DNA from: Robiginitomaculum sp.
GTDB taxonomy: Bacteria > Pseudomonadota > Alphaproteobacteria > Caulobacterales > Maricaulaceae
Assembly: GCA_026982415.1 (NCBI GenBank)
Contig: JALSHE010000034.1
Location: forward strand, 9,279-73,278
Direction: 5' to 3'
DNA: 64,000 bases
In this document: in pieces, positions 19,194 through 28,745 of the stretch
Layout: each line of letters starts with the position of its first letter
Position numbering within the stretch: the stretch's first letter is position 1
Program-made: the position numbers and the translations under genes
The notes under the pieces: generated by a model
Told to the model about the DNA's origin: nothing
The model's input: only the letters and a program-made list of their open reading frames with translations
Databases searched by the model: none

Positions 19194-19523
19194 TCACGTT
19201 TTATAAGCAAGTCCCCCTACGCTCTCCCCAGCGGCAACATAATATGGGGTGAAACGAATTTCGCCCCAGATGTCGGCGCGGTAATAGGGGTCGGCTTTGA
19301 GCATGGCTTTGGCCGTGGGGACATCGTCGGTTTTATAGATAAAGAGCGAGCCGATTATGGTTTTATGGTCATAAGTATAGAGTGGGCCAGCGGCGAATAT
19401 TTCGTCAATAGTGTCCTCAATATGTGCGAGATGGTCGTGCAGGAATGTTTTGCGCCTTTTAGCGGCTGATTTCTCCGGTTTGTCGAAACATCTGGCGATG
19501 GTATACATTTTCATCTTGCTCAT
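19194..19523 (-). CDS. YciI-like (dimeric alpha/beta-barrel) protein
   Basis: The 109 aa product contains H..HL........AGPL...........G.L.I......A.A....DPY, a YCII-like pattern. An AGGAG lies 7 nt upstream. Confidence 0.72.
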   Translation of the reverse strand: MSKMKMYTIARCFDKPEKSAAKRRKTFLHDHLAHIEDTIDEIFAAGPLYTYDHKTIIGSLFIYKTDDVPTAKAMLKADPYYRADIWGEIRFTPYYVAAGESVGGLAYKT

Positions 19524-19552
19524 GCTTAGCTCCTATTGTTCTGGTTTGCTCT

Positions 19553-20992
19553 TTATTCGGGTTTGCTAATGGTCTCGTCAAATTGTTGGATCGTGAATAT
19601 GTCGGCTGTGTTGGTCATAAAGGATTGCTTGCGGAAGAACCGCAACAGGCCGGGCGCGCCCATGCGAGATGCGCCGAGGCCGGAGAGTTTAAACGAGTTT
19701 TTCTCGGCTTCGTACATTAGGGCGGTGAGGGCGGCATCATTGATACTAATACCGCCAGCTTCGATGCGGCGCCCGACTACAATGGCGGCGTCTGCATCCA
19801 CCGCGAACACACTGGCGCTGAGGCCAAATACACTATCATTGGCCAAAGTGACGGCTTGGTCATTATCCTTAAACGGCATGACGGGTAGGACGGGGCCGAA
19901 AGTTTCTTCCGTCATCACCGTCATATTGTGACTGACATTGGACAGCACAGTCGGCGGATACCACAGCCCGCCTGCGTTTACTATCTTACCGCCCGTATGC
20001 ACTACCGCACCTTTGGCCACTGCATCGTCGATTTGGCTTTGGATAATCTCGGCTTGGCGGGCGAATATTAACGGCCCCAGATGGCCTGAATGGATGTCCG
20101 GTGTGTTCAGGGTGACGGCTTTGGCTTTGGTAACCAGCAAATCCAGGAAATCATCAAACTGGTTCTCATGCACATAAACCCGCTCAATTGACTGGCAACC
20201 TTGACCAGTATTGATGATGGAGCCGCGTAATATGGCGGTGCTGGCGCGGTCAATATCGGCACTCTCCAGCACAATTGCCGGGTCCTTACCACCAAGTTCC
20301 AAGAAAGCCGGCACGAAATTGCGCGCCGCCTGTTCACCAACCTTGCGCCCGGTGGCCACACTGCCCGTAAAGCACACTACATCGACATTATCGACGAGCG
20401 CGGCACCTGTTTCTCCTGCGCCGTCAACGAGCGTGAACACGGCGTCCAATTGCGGTATTTCTGATATTACCTGGCGCAAGGGTTCAGCAAAACGCGGCGT
20501 GACTTCGCTGGGTTTAATGATTACAGCACATCCGGCCAGCAAGGCCGGAACCGCGTCGATAAGTGCCAAGGTCAAAGGGAAGTTCCACGGGCTGATGACA
20601 CCGACCAATGGGTAAGGTCGGTTTTCTACGGCATAGGTGATAAAGGGCAGAGAAGAAGAGCGCCCCTCATACGGCACGATCATGGATTCGGCAGTTTTGA
20701 TCCAGCGCTTAATGCTGGCCGCAACCCCATCGGTCTCCATAATCGACAGGCCGTAACGCCCGGTATCAGCCGCCAGAGCGGCTATCAGCTCATCTTTGTG
20801 CTTTGCTATGGTAGCGGAAAATTTTAACAGTATATTTGCGCGGTGTTCTGATGTTTGTTGGCTCCATTCACTTTGGCGCGCGCGCAGTGTCCGGCATTCA
20901 GTTTTTACATCGTCCAGACTTGCAGGCGTTATATGAAAATCCACCTTACCCGTGCGCGGGTTGGCAACCGGAATTTTTGCTTCATTTTTCAT
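19553..20992 (-). CDS. Aldehyde dehydrogenase family protein
   Basis: It has ALDH blocks (FTGSVATGRKV, ELGGKDPAIV, GQGCQSIERVYV, EETFGPVLPV). I chose the ATG at 20992 (MKNEAK, with GAGGG 6 nt upstream) over the TTG at 21004. Confidence 0.88.
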   Translation of the reverse strand: MKNEAKIPVANPRTGKVDFHITPASLDDVKTECRTLRARQSEWSQQTSEHRANILLKFSATIAKHKDELIAALAADTGRYGLSIMETDGVAASIKRWIKTAESMIVPYEGRSSSLPFITYAVENRPYPLVGVISPWNFPLTLALIDAVPALLAGCAVIIKPSEVTPRFAEPLRQVISEIPQLDAVFTLVDGAGETGAALVDNVDVVCFTGSVATGRKVGEQAARNFVPAFLELGGKDPAIVLESADIDRASTAILRGSIINTGQGCQSIERVYVHENQFDDFLDLLVTKAKAVTLNTPDIHSGHLGPLIFARQAEIIQSQIDDAVAKGAVVHTGGKIVNAGGLWYPPTVLSNVSHNMTVMTEETFGPVLPVMPFKDNDQAVTLANDSVFGLSASVFAVDADAAIVVGRRIEAGGISINDAALTALMYEAEKNSFKLSGLGASRMGAPGLLRFFRKQSFMTNTADIFTIQQFDETISKPE

Positions 20993-21281
20993 CAACGCCC
21001 TCAAATAAAGTCACACGCACCTTTGCCGCGCCAAGCCTTAATTGCTTTACCTTGGCATATTTTGACGAATTCCAAAAGGCCAAAGCTTGACGCTGGCTGG
21101 CCCATTTGGAAATAACCAATTTCACCGCGTCCGGCCATGCACCTTCGAGAGACGTGTGGGTTGACGCCCGGACAATATATTCACCGCCAAATTCCGCTAC
21201 TAAATCCGCAACAGTTAGGGCGTATCTCCGGAACTGTTCAGGATCCGAAATCTCGGCGGTGATGACCATGTAAGCTGGCAT
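20982..21281 (-). CDS. DUF1330 domain protein (dimeric alpha/beta-barrel superfamily)
   Basis: The 99 aa product MPAYMVITAEISDPEQFRRY....V.EFGGEY..R has a typical DUF1330 N-terminus. The start abuts the Rieske gene stop (TAAATG), and the 3' end overlaps the ALDH start. Confidence 0.75.
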   Translation of the reverse strand: MPAYMVITAEISDPEQFRRYALTVADLVAEFGGEYIVRASTHTSLEGAWPDAVKLVISKWASQRQALAFWNSSKYAKVKQLRLGAAKVRVTLFEGVDEK

Positions 21282-22409
21282 TTATGCTTTCGGTTTCAGG
21301 GGCACTGCATCTAAGATCCAGCCATCTTCCTTGCGGCGGCGCGGGCTTGGGATTGCAAATACCCTGTCTCCCTTACCCATTTCTTCGTGGAACTTTTCAA
21401 GATCAATCCGCCAGCCGCGTTTTTCGTATTCTTTGATATGATGACGGTAACGGACAATACAGCTATCCGAGCGCACCATGAATTCTTTTTTCATGGTCGG
21501 CGGGGTGCGCACGGGTTCAACTTCGTCCAATATATCAATGTCTTGTTGGGCAACAATCAGGTTTCTGTCCATCATAATTTTTTGCATATCTTCGGACAGG
21601 CCAGCATTGCGGGTCGAGACTAAAAATACGCGGGTGGTAAATTCGTCGACGGGAAGATCATAAGTATATTGGTGCATTTTAAACTTGCCCGCTGGCTGAA
21701 TTTTCGTCCAAAAATGCGAAGCGCCGTGGGTACCGGATCCCGCCAATGTTTTTTTGCCGTCCTTCATTTCGCCGTATTCTTTTGTCGGCGAGCCGGAAGA
21801 CGCATATTCAGACATGAAGCCAACGCCCCATTCTTCCTCTATCAAGTTCAGCTTGGGGACAAAATAATCCGGGTTTTTACCAGAATAACCGTGGGTCGGG
21901 TGGACGAATTCATTATGGGCAGGGTCGATAGCATTCTCGATTGAGCGGCGGTAACCCGTCTTGAGCATATAAGACTGCAAAATCACGCCCCAACCCTCCA
22001 TGCCGTATTCCGGTGCTTCCATAATTGGCGGGCGCTCATCTTCGGGCAGATCACCAAGAAACACAAACACGATGCCGTATTTTTCCTGAGTTGGGTAAGC
22101 ATCAATGCGCGCCTTTTCCGGGATTGGCATATCCGATTCTTGGGACGGGATTTTCACGCAATCACCATCCCCGTTAAATTCCCAACCATGATAAGGGCAC
22201 TGGATATTGCCGTCTACGACCTGGCTTTTAATTTGTTCGCCTTGGCAAGCTAGCGAGCCTCCTCGGTGAATACACGTATTGGACAAGCATTTAGCTTTGC
22301 CATCAGCATCCCGAAATAGTGCAAAATTTAGCCCGAGCATTTTTTGCTTGAGTGGTTTGTCTGTAAGCTCCGTACTGAAACAGGCTGGATACCAAAAATT
22401 TATAAACAT
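21282..22409 (-). CDS. Rieske [2Fe-2S] non-heme-iron oxygenase, alpha-subunit type
   Basis: The Rieske ligands are CIHRGGSL...CPYHGWEF, and a mononuclear-iron region (NAIDPAHNEFVH) follows. A GGAGGG lies upstream of the ATG. No reductase or ferredoxin gene is adjacent. Confidence 0.85.
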   Translation of the reverse strand: MFINFWYPACFSTELTDKPLKQKMLGLNFALFRDADGKAKCLSNTCIHRGGSLACQGEQIKSQVVDGNIQCPYHGWEFNGDGDCVKIPSQESDMPIPEKARIDAYPTQEKYGIVFVFLGDLPEDERPPIMEAPEYGMEGWGVILQSYMLKTGYRRSIENAIDPAHNEFVHPTHGYSGKNPDYFVPKLNLIEEEWGVGFMSEYASSGSPTKEYGEMKDGKKTLAGSGTHGASHFWTKIQPAGKFKMHQYTYDLPVDEFTTRVFLVSTRNAGLSEDMQKIMMDRNLIVAQQDIDILDEVEPVRTPPTMKKEFMVRSDSCIVRYRHHIKEYEKRGWRIDLEKFHEEMGKGDRVFAIPSPRRRKEDGWILDAVPLKPKA

Positions 22410-22598
22410 AATTTACCCTCCATTTTTTCGTAAATTTGACTTACGAAACTATACCACTTGTTGGCAATCATGGTGCGGTAAATCGACCCGTATTCCAATT
22501 GTCGCTTGGGGGCTTGTCCATATTGTGGTCATAAAGCCGCCTAGCCCACCCATATTTGTACCCAACAATCTATATAACGCCAAACTTTGGAGATTAAA

Positions 22599-23036
22599 AT
22601 GAAAACCAAACTGATTACAACCACAATATGGTTAGCCGTAACCCTCACTGCCTGTTCCGAACCAACGCCGCCACCGCCGCCAAATCTTATGGTGCTGGCG
22701 ACCGAAGCATCGGGTGAAGACCAGAAAGGCATGATCGACGCTTCCTTCTTAACGGTCAGCGGCGAAGAAAACTGCGAAGAACGAGTCGAGGCTGCTAGAG
22801 CTGTATTTCCCGCCGCAAAAATCGTCTACTCTTGGCACTATTGCGCCTATACTGACATTAATTTCGAAGAGTTCGGCCATGAGCCAGTGCCCACGGGTAC
22901 AGCCTATTATTTTGACCTATATTTTTCTAAAGACGGCAAAGCCCTGAAATCTGTTACCACATACGAGAGCAATGCAGCTTGCGAAAAATCCAAAAAAGGC
23001 GTGTGTATAGTTTCGTATCAAAACATTACTGAATAA
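22599..23036 (+). CDS. Hypothetical lipoprotein
   Basis: It has a lipobox (MKTKLITTTIWLAVTLTAC|SEP), a proline run, and four further Cys residues. A GGAG lies 8 nt upstream and a terminator follows. I recognise no family. Confidence 0.6.
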   Translation: MKTKLITTTIWLAVTLTACSEPTPPPPPNLMVLATEASGEDQKGMIDASFLTVSGEENCEERVEAARAVFPAAKIVYSWHYCAYTDINFEEFGHEPVPTGTAYYFDLYFSKDGKALKSVTTYESNAACEKSKKGVCIVSYQNITE

Positions 23037-23080
23037 TATTGCCGTGCATAACGGCAGCATCCACACATCCCCTCAACTTC

Positions 23081-23106
23081 ATCCCGGCGCAAGCCGGGAT
23101 TTTTTT
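23081..23106 (+). terminator. Rho-independent terminator
   Basis: The stem-loop ATCCCGGC-GCAA-GCCGGGAT is followed by TTTTTT. Confidence 0.7.
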
Positions 23107-23345
23107 GATACGTATATTTCATTCAAGTGGGCGCATAACCTCACTTTTGCCCTGCTTCACCAATATTACTCTGCGCCCTACTCCACTTATTTTTACAGAA
23201 CGACTAAATTAATTTAGTCATTCTGTTTAACCACAATTGTGCCGTGGATGCCTGGACCATAATTTCCTTGCCTAGCGTCCACTTGGCGGGTCAAATACAG
23301 GTTGGTTCTAAACCAGATTCGCACGCACACTCGCATAAGGTAAAT

Positions 23346-24428
23346 GGCATGGGTATTTTACACAAGCTGGGCACGGCATTGGTCAAAACTTTGCCACCGG
23401 AGACAGCGCACCGGGCGGCGCTCAAGGCGCTGAGCCTTGGGCTTGGCCCAAAACATGCGTGCAACCATGAAAGCCTAAAGACCGAAATTGCCGGACTATC
23501 CCTCCCCAACCCTATTGGCCTTGCTGCGGGCTTTGATAAAGATGCCGAAGTGCCGGACGCTATGTTGGCTGCTGGCTTTGGGTTTGTGGAATGCGGCAGT
23601 GTCACGCCCCTGCCCCAAGACGGTAATCCCAAACCGCGCTTGTTTCGCCTGACCGAAGACTGCGCCGTCATCAACCGCATGGGATTTAACAATAAAGGCT
23701 TGGATAATTTCGCCAAACAATTGCGCGCCCGGCGAAACCTATCCAGGAAAGGCAAGTCCGGCATTGTTGGCGCAAATCTTGGTGCCAACAAAGAAGCTAC
23801 AGACCGCGCCGCAGATTATATCACCGGACTAGCAGCTTTGTGGGGCATGGCCGATTATTTCACCATCAATGTATCCTCGCCCAACACGCCGGGCCTAAGG
23901 GATTTACAAGGCGGGGACGCGCTGGAAGATTTATTGGGGCGCATCTCGGAGGCCAGACAAAATTTGACGGGAGACGCCCCGTCTCTTCCCATATTCCTCA
24001 AGGTCGCGCCGGATCTGAATTTCGCGCAAATAGAACGCATCACCGAACAAGCCCGCACATATGGCATGAGCGGCATCATCGTGTCCAACACCACCATAGA
24101 GCGGCCCGATTATTTAAAGTCCGTCCACAAGGGCGAAACAGGGGGGCTGTCTGGCGCACCGCTCATGACCATATCGACCCGTATTTTAACAGAATTTTAC
24201 ACGGCCAGCGCCGGCAAAATTCCGCTTATCGGTGTCGGCGGCATTGCGAACGGCGGCAACGCCTACACCAAAATTCGCGCAGGTGCCTCCGCCGTGCAAC
24301 TGTATTCAGCCTTGGTCTACGCAGGCCCTAGCCTAGCCATAGAAATCTGCGACGACCTAGCCGCCCGCCTAAAAGCCGATGGCTTCTCAAACATCAGCGA
24401 AGCCGTAGGCACATTGGCCGGCGGCTGA
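23346..24428 (+). CDS. pyrD: Dihydroorotate dehydrogenase (quinone), class 2
   Basis: The blocks NPIGLAAGFDKD, GFGFVECGSVTP, RMGFNN.G, NVSSPNTPGLR and GGLSG are characteristic. The start is set at MGILHKL; the ORF-track start at 23244 is a GTG extension. Confidence 0.93.
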   Translation, partial: GMGILHKLGTALVKTLPPETAHRAALKALSLGLGPKHACNHESLKTEIAGLSLPNPIGLAAGFDKDAEVPDAMLAAGFGFVECGSVTPLPQDGNPKPRLFRLTEDCAVINRMGFNNKGLDNFAKQLRARRNLSRKGKSGIVGANLGANKEATDRAADYITGLAALWGMADYFTINVSSPNTPGLRDLQGGDALEDLLGRISEARQNLTGDAPSLPIFLKVAPDLNFAQIERITEQARTYGMSGIIVSNTTIERPDYLKSVHKGETGGLSGAPLMTISTRILTEFYTASAGKIPLIGVGGIANGGNAYTKIRAGASAVQLYSALVYAGPSLAIEICDDLAARLKADGFSNISEAVGTLAGG

Positions 24429-24497
24429 AACATGTAACTCTCGTGAGCGCGGCCAAGATCAATACGTGCCAAATGCGGCACAAATTTTTGAGAAAAA

Positions 24498-24572
24498 TGG
24501 TGGACGATACTGGGATTGAACCAGTGACCCCTACAATGTCAATGTAGTGCTCTACCGCTGAGCTAATCGTCC
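24498..24572 (-). tRNA. tRNA-Val (anticodon GAC)
   Basis: I folded the cloverleaf by hand as GGACGAT/TA/GCTC-AGCGGTA-GAGC/A/CTACA-TTGACAT-TGTAG/GGGTC/ACTGG-TTCAATC-CCAGT/ATCGTCC/A/CCA. It is 75 nt with an encoded CCA. Confidence 0.93.
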
Positions 24573-24674
24573 CCGATCATTGCCGTTTGAAGGGCGCATA
24601 TACGCTAGATAATATACCAAGTGCAATAGATAAATCTAGGTGGCTCCCAAGTTTTTCTAAGTGACCCCGGTTTT

Positions 24675-25037
24675 CTAGGCGGCAATGAGTTTTTCTATTT
24701 CGCCGACCAATTGGCGCAGATGGATGGGTTTAGATAAAACCCGGGCATCTGGTGATGTACTGGCGTCATTTTTGGCGACCGCAGCAAATCCTGTGATAAA
24801 CATGATCTTTATACCCGGTGAAAGCACTTCGGCCTGCTTGGCCAGTTCAATACCGTCCAGGCCCGGCATCATTATGTCGGTGAGCAGCATATCAAATGCG
24901 CCGTCGGCGAATTTCAACGCCCGCAGCGCCCGTTCGCCGTCGGAGCAAGCTATTACATGATGGCCAGCTTTTTCGAGCGCTTTCTCGAAAAACTTGCGCA
25001 TTGCATCATCGTCTTCTGCATATAAAATCGTTGCCAT
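24675..25037 (-). CDS. cpdR: Single-domain response regulator, CpdR-like
   Basis: It is a receiver domain only (ILYAEDDDAMRKF...DMLLTDIMMPGLDGIEL...KIMFITGFAAVA). The divergent neighbour is an N-formylglutamate amidohydrolase-family gene, as I recall for cpdR loci. Confidence 0.78.
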   Translation of the reverse strand: MATILYAEDDDAMRKFFEKALEKAGHHVIACSDGERALRALKFADGAFDMLLTDIMMPGLDGIELAKQAEVLSPGIKIMFITGFAAVAKNDASTSPDARVLSKPIHLRQLVGEIEKLIAA

Positions 25038-25171
25038 ATCACCCTTACGCGTTTCTTGTTTTTGTTTACACTCTGGCCTATAATGAAACACAGACGTGAG
25101 CTATTTTATTGATGTGCAGGATTCCCGCCAAGTGGGGTATCCATAACCCATCGCCCTTAAGGAAGTGTTGC

Positions 25172-26143
25172 ATGTGGACAAAAAACTACAATAATCCATA
25201 TCGCAAGAATACGTGGCAGGTCGCCAACACCAAAACACGGCAAAGGCTACAGGTACGTCTGGACAAAATTACTTTTGACAGTTTTTACCCGGCGCACATT
25301 CTTACAAGCCCGGAAACCTTGGCGACCCCCCTCGTGCTTAGTTCTCCCCATTCTGGCCGCGATTACCCGCCAAGTTTTCTAGCCCAGTCCGGGCTTTCTC
25401 TGCACCAACTTCGCAACAGCGAGGATTGTTATATTGACCGCCTTATCGAACCGCTCACCGAATACGGCATTCCTATGATCGCCGCTAATTTTCCGCGAAT
25501 ATATTTGGATCTTAACCGGGGACCAGATGAATGGCCGCCTGAAGCATTGGCAAGCTACGGCAATGAAACACCAACCAGCATCAGGCCAATATCGCCGCGC
25601 GCCCGTGCCGGCCTTGGCGTCGTGCCGTTGCGCATAGGCCCCGCTACAGATATTTACCCCCACGAAATTACCGGAAGATTGGTGCAAGGCCGACTGGACG
25701 CGCTATATTTTCCTTATCATGATGCACTTCGGGGTTTGTTACAAAGCGCTAAAGAGCGATTTGGCCATACCCTGCTGCTCGATTGCCACTCCATGCCCGG
25801 ACACAGCGCTGAGGGCGTACCGCGCGCAGACATCGTGCTGGGCAATTGCCACGGGGACAGTTGCCGCACGGATACGGTAGAATTCATACAGGCTGTTTTT
25901 ACATCTTTGGGATATGATGTAATGCTTAATCACCCTTATGCGGGCGGGTACATCACTGCGCATTACGGCAGGCCGGATAATAATATCCAAGCTGTACAAA
26001 TCGAGATCAATAAGAATTTGTACTTAAACCTAGACACTTTGGAGCCGCATGCAGGCATTGAAAAACTCACTGCCGATATGAAAGCCGCCATATTGCAGAT
26101 TAAAGATCACCTAAATATTCCGACGTCATTAGCGGCAGAGTAG
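25172..26143 (+). CDS. N-formylglutamate amidohydrolase family protein
   Basis: The motifs SSPHSGRDYP, YLDLNR and LLLDCHSMP are present. The start is uncertain: I chose 25172 (AAGGAAG upstream) over 25112. Confidence 0.78.
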   Translation: MWTKNYNNPYRKNTWQVANTKTRQRLQVRLDKITFDSFYPAHILTSPETLATPLVLSSPHSGRDYPPSFLAQSGLSLHQLRNSEDCYIDRLIEPLTEYGIPMIAANFPRIYLDLNRGPDEWPPEALASYGNETPTSIRPISPRARAGLGVVPLRIGPATDIYPHEITGRLVQGRLDALYFPYHDALRGLLQSAKERFGHTLLLDCHSMPGHSAEGVPRADIVLGNCHGDSCRTDTVEFIQAVFTSLGYDVMLNHPYAGGYITAHYGRPDNNIQAVQIEINKNLYLNLDTLEPHAGIEKLTADMKAAILQIKDHLNIPTSLAAE

Positions 26144-26247
26144 CCAGATTGATATTATGGATTTATTTTCAAGTCGGTCGTCGCCTGCCCCAGACAAAAA
26201 CTCGGCGCTCAAAGCGGTTCCTTATGAACGCGAAACGCTCTAACTGT

Positions 26248-26634
26248 TTAGTTAACTGCTTTGGGTGGTGTTGGGCGTGTAAGTAAAAAAGCGGCAACAC
26301 AAGACAAAACGATAATTTGTGCGACCAAAACAAAGGTTGGCACCTTAAAAACAACCGATATAGCGACGACAATTACCATAGTTAAAACGCTTAAAAATTT
26401 CGCGCGCGGCGCAATAGCTCTATGTGTCTGCCAGTTTAAAATCAATGGCCCAAAAACTTTATGGCTCACCAACCAATTATGTAATTTGGGCGAGGAGCGG
26501 GCAAACGCGAAAGCGGCGACCAACATAAATGAGGTTGTCGGAAGCAAGGGCAAGAACACACCAAGCGTGCCTAAGCTTAGGCAAATTAGACCTAGGCAAA
26601 GCCAGAAAAGACGAATTGGGGAGAATGTTTTCAC
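26248..26634 (-). CDS. ybaN: YbaN/DUF454 family inner-membrane protein
   Basis: The pattern LGVFLPLLPTTSFMLVAAFAFARSSPKLHNWL..HKVFGP.I..W matches the family. Confidence 0.75.
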   Translation of the reverse strand: MKTFSPIRLFWLCLGLICLSLGTLGVFLPLLPTTSFMLVAAFAFARSSPKLHNWLVSHKVFGPLILNWQTHRAIAPRAKFLSVLTMVIVVAISVVFKVPTFVLVAQIIVLSCVAAFLLTRPTPPKAVN

Positions 26635-26696
26635 TATGTCTCGATACTTGTTGCAGTTTGCTAGAAAGAATATTTCATATTTGAATTTGGTTGGTT

Positions 26697-28103
26697 TTAA
26701 AGCGCCTTAATAATATCTTCGACCATTTTCTTGGCATCCGCCAAGAGCATCATAGTGCCGTCTGCATAGAACAAATCGTTGTCAATACCGGCATAGCCTG
26801 CGGACAGTGAGCGTTTGACGAATAGAACCGTTGTCGCTTTGTCCACATCCAAAATCGGCATGCCGTAAATCGGACTTTCCGGGTCGGTTTTGGCCGCCGG
26901 ATTGGTAACATCATTAGCCCCAATAACAAAGGCAACTTCGGCATTGGCAAATTCGGAATTTATATCTTCAAGCTCAAACACTTCGTCATAAGGCACATTG
27001 GCTTCGGCGAGCAACACATTCATATGGCCAGGCATACGGCCCGCAACCGGATGAATTGCATAGACAACTTCGACGCCTTCTTCCTTAAGCTTGTCGGCCA
27101 TTTCGCGGGTTGCATGTTGCGCTTGGGCGACGGCCAGGCCGTATCCCGGCACGATGATAACTTTGCTCGCGTTCTTCATGATGAAGGCCGCGTCTTCGGC
27201 AGAGCCGCGTTTGACCGGGCGTTGTTCTTTGTCGCCGGAGCCACTACTTGTGGGTTCGGCACCAAAGCCGCCGAGGATAACGCTGATGAAACTACGGTTC
27301 ATAGCTTTGCACATAATATAGGACAGAATAGCACCTGAGGAGCCGACCAAAGCACCCGTAACGATAAGCGCCACATTGCCAAGGGTAAAGCCGAGTGCCG
27401 CCGCCGCCCAGCCTGAATAGGAATTGAGCATGGAAATAACCACAGGCATGTCTGCGCCGCCGATGGGAATAATCAGCAAGAAACCAAGCAAGAAAGCGAT
27501 TGCAACAATAGCGAGGAAGACATTTTGATCCGCGCCGCCCGATTTCATCAACATACCAATAAGAAGCGCAATGCCGAGACCAAGCAGTAGATTAACAAGG
27601 TGTTGGCCTTTAAAGGTGATAGGCGCGCCGGACATATTGCCGTTCAATTTGAGAAAAGCGATAACAGAGCCGGAAAATGTAATGGCACCAATAGCCGCCC
27701 CCAAGGACAACTCCAGCAAGCTAACGCCCTTAATCTGGCCGACCTCGCCAATGCCGAAATTATGGGGTGCAAAGAACGCCGCAACTGCCACACATACGGC
27801 GGCCATACCGACCAATGAGTGAAAGCCAGCGATGAGTTGCGGCATATCGGTCATGGGGATTTTCTTGGCAATAAGCGCCCCAAGACCGCCGCCAATCACC
27901 AAAGCGACAAGCATTAAAATAAGACCAGTGCCGCTAATACCGTAGAAAAGCATGGTGGTGATGATGGCAATAGCAATGCCGATCATGCCAAACACATTAC
28001 CGCGCCGAGAAGACGCAGGCGAAGACAGCCCGTGCAGGGACAAAATAAACAAGACGCCAGAGACCATATAAAGGACGGCGGCGAGGTTGGGTGTGATATT
28101 CAT
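26697..28103 (-). CDS. pntB: NAD(P) transhydrogenase subunit beta
   Basis: A polytopic N-terminal half is followed by a C-terminal NADP(H)-binding domain (VIIVPGYGLAVAQAQH...HPVAGRMPGHMNVLLAEA). Its ATG overlaps the hepT stop (ATGA). Confidence 0.95.
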   Translation of the reverse strand: MNITPNLAAVLYMVSGVLFILSLHGLSSPASSRRGNVFGMIGIAIAIITTMLFYGISGTGLILMLVALVIGGGLGALIAKKIPMTDMPQLIAGFHSLVGMAAVCVAVAAFFAPHNFGIGEVGQIKGVSLLELSLGAAIGAITFSGSVIAFLKLNGNMSGAPITFKGQHLVNLLLGLGIALLIGMLMKSGGADQNVFLAIVAIAFLLGFLLIIPIGGADMPVVISMLNSYSGWAAAALGFTLGNVALIVTGALVGSSGAILSYIMCKAMNRSFISVILGGFGAEPTSSGSGDKEQRPVKRGSAEDAAFIMKNASKVIIVPGYGLAVAQAQHATREMADKLKEEGVEVVYAIHPVAGRMPGHMNVLLAEANVPYDEVFELEDINSEFANAEVAFVIGANDVTNPAAKTDPESPIYGMPILDVDKATTVLFVKRSLSAGYAGIDNDLFYADGTMMLLADAKKMVEDIIKAL

Positions 28104-28453
28104 GTTTCGGTTTCCAATATTTTGTTTAGTTGATCCAAAAATCCAGGCAGGGAATACTTCACTGTTTTATATACATTCCTTATCTCGATGCCGCTATATT
28201 GGTGGATAAGTATATTTCGCATTCCTATAATTTCCTTCCAGGCAATTTCCCCAGCAATTTCTGCTAGTGTGTTTCGCCCGGTTTGGGCGGCGGCCTCGCC
28301 TACAACTTCTAAAGAGCGAATAATAGCATAGTACGTCCTTTTATCAGCCAGAAATTCCTCTTCCGACATATCGCCAAGAAACTCTATTGCATCTAGCGCA
28401 TAATTACGCATGTCAATCAGGCGGTTTTGGACTTTTTCATCCATAAAATTCAA
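28100..28453 (-). CDS. hepT: HepT-like (HEPN/DUF86) ribonuclease toxin
   Basis: It is 117 aa and carries an Rx4HxY motif (RNILIHQY) near the C-terminus. It overlaps the upstream nucleotidyltransferase gene. The start may instead be Met4 at 28444. Confidence 0.83.
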   Translation of the reverse strand: MNFMDEKVQNRLIDMRNYALDAIEFLGDMSEEEFLADKRTYYAIIRSLEVVGEAAAQTGRNTLAEIAGEIAWKEIIGMRNILIHQYSGIEIRNVYKTVKYSLPGFLDQLNKILETET

Positions 28454-28745
28454 CCAGATCCTCTTCCATTATGCTTTTGTATCTTTGTTTCACAGCATTC
28501 CAGTCAATCAAATCAATATGGCATCCAAACTCCTGGTTTAAATCGCTCCAGACACCTCCCAAATCAAACAATGTAACATTACGTGATTTATCCAGCCGGT
28601 AAACAATATCAATATCACTATCAGGTTTGGCGTCGCCGCGTGCCCATGAGCCAATAATACCAAAAATTTCAACTCCATATTTTTCAAGGATGTCGAGCCT
28701 AACAGATTTAAGTTTGTCAATGATAATTTCGCGCGTGCGTTCCAC
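28437..28745 (-). CDS. mntA: MNT-type nucleotidyltransferase antitoxin
   Basis: It has the minimal NTase motif GIIGSWARGDAKPDSDIDIV. It starts with GTG, with GAAGGGG 6-7 nt upstream inside the end of pntAB. Confidence 0.83.
   Translation of the reverse strand: MERTREIIIDKLKSVRLDILEKYGVEIFGIIGSWARGDAKPDSDIDIVYRLDKSRNVTLFDLGGVWSDLNQEFGCHIDLIDWNAVKQRYKSIMEEDLVEFYG

Noticed and set aside
24429-24674. tRNA-Val as a possible integration hotspot or genomic-island border.
   Set aside because: No integrase, direct repeat of the tRNA 3' end or mobile gene is visible on either side. The neighbours (pyrD, cpdR) are housekeeping genes.
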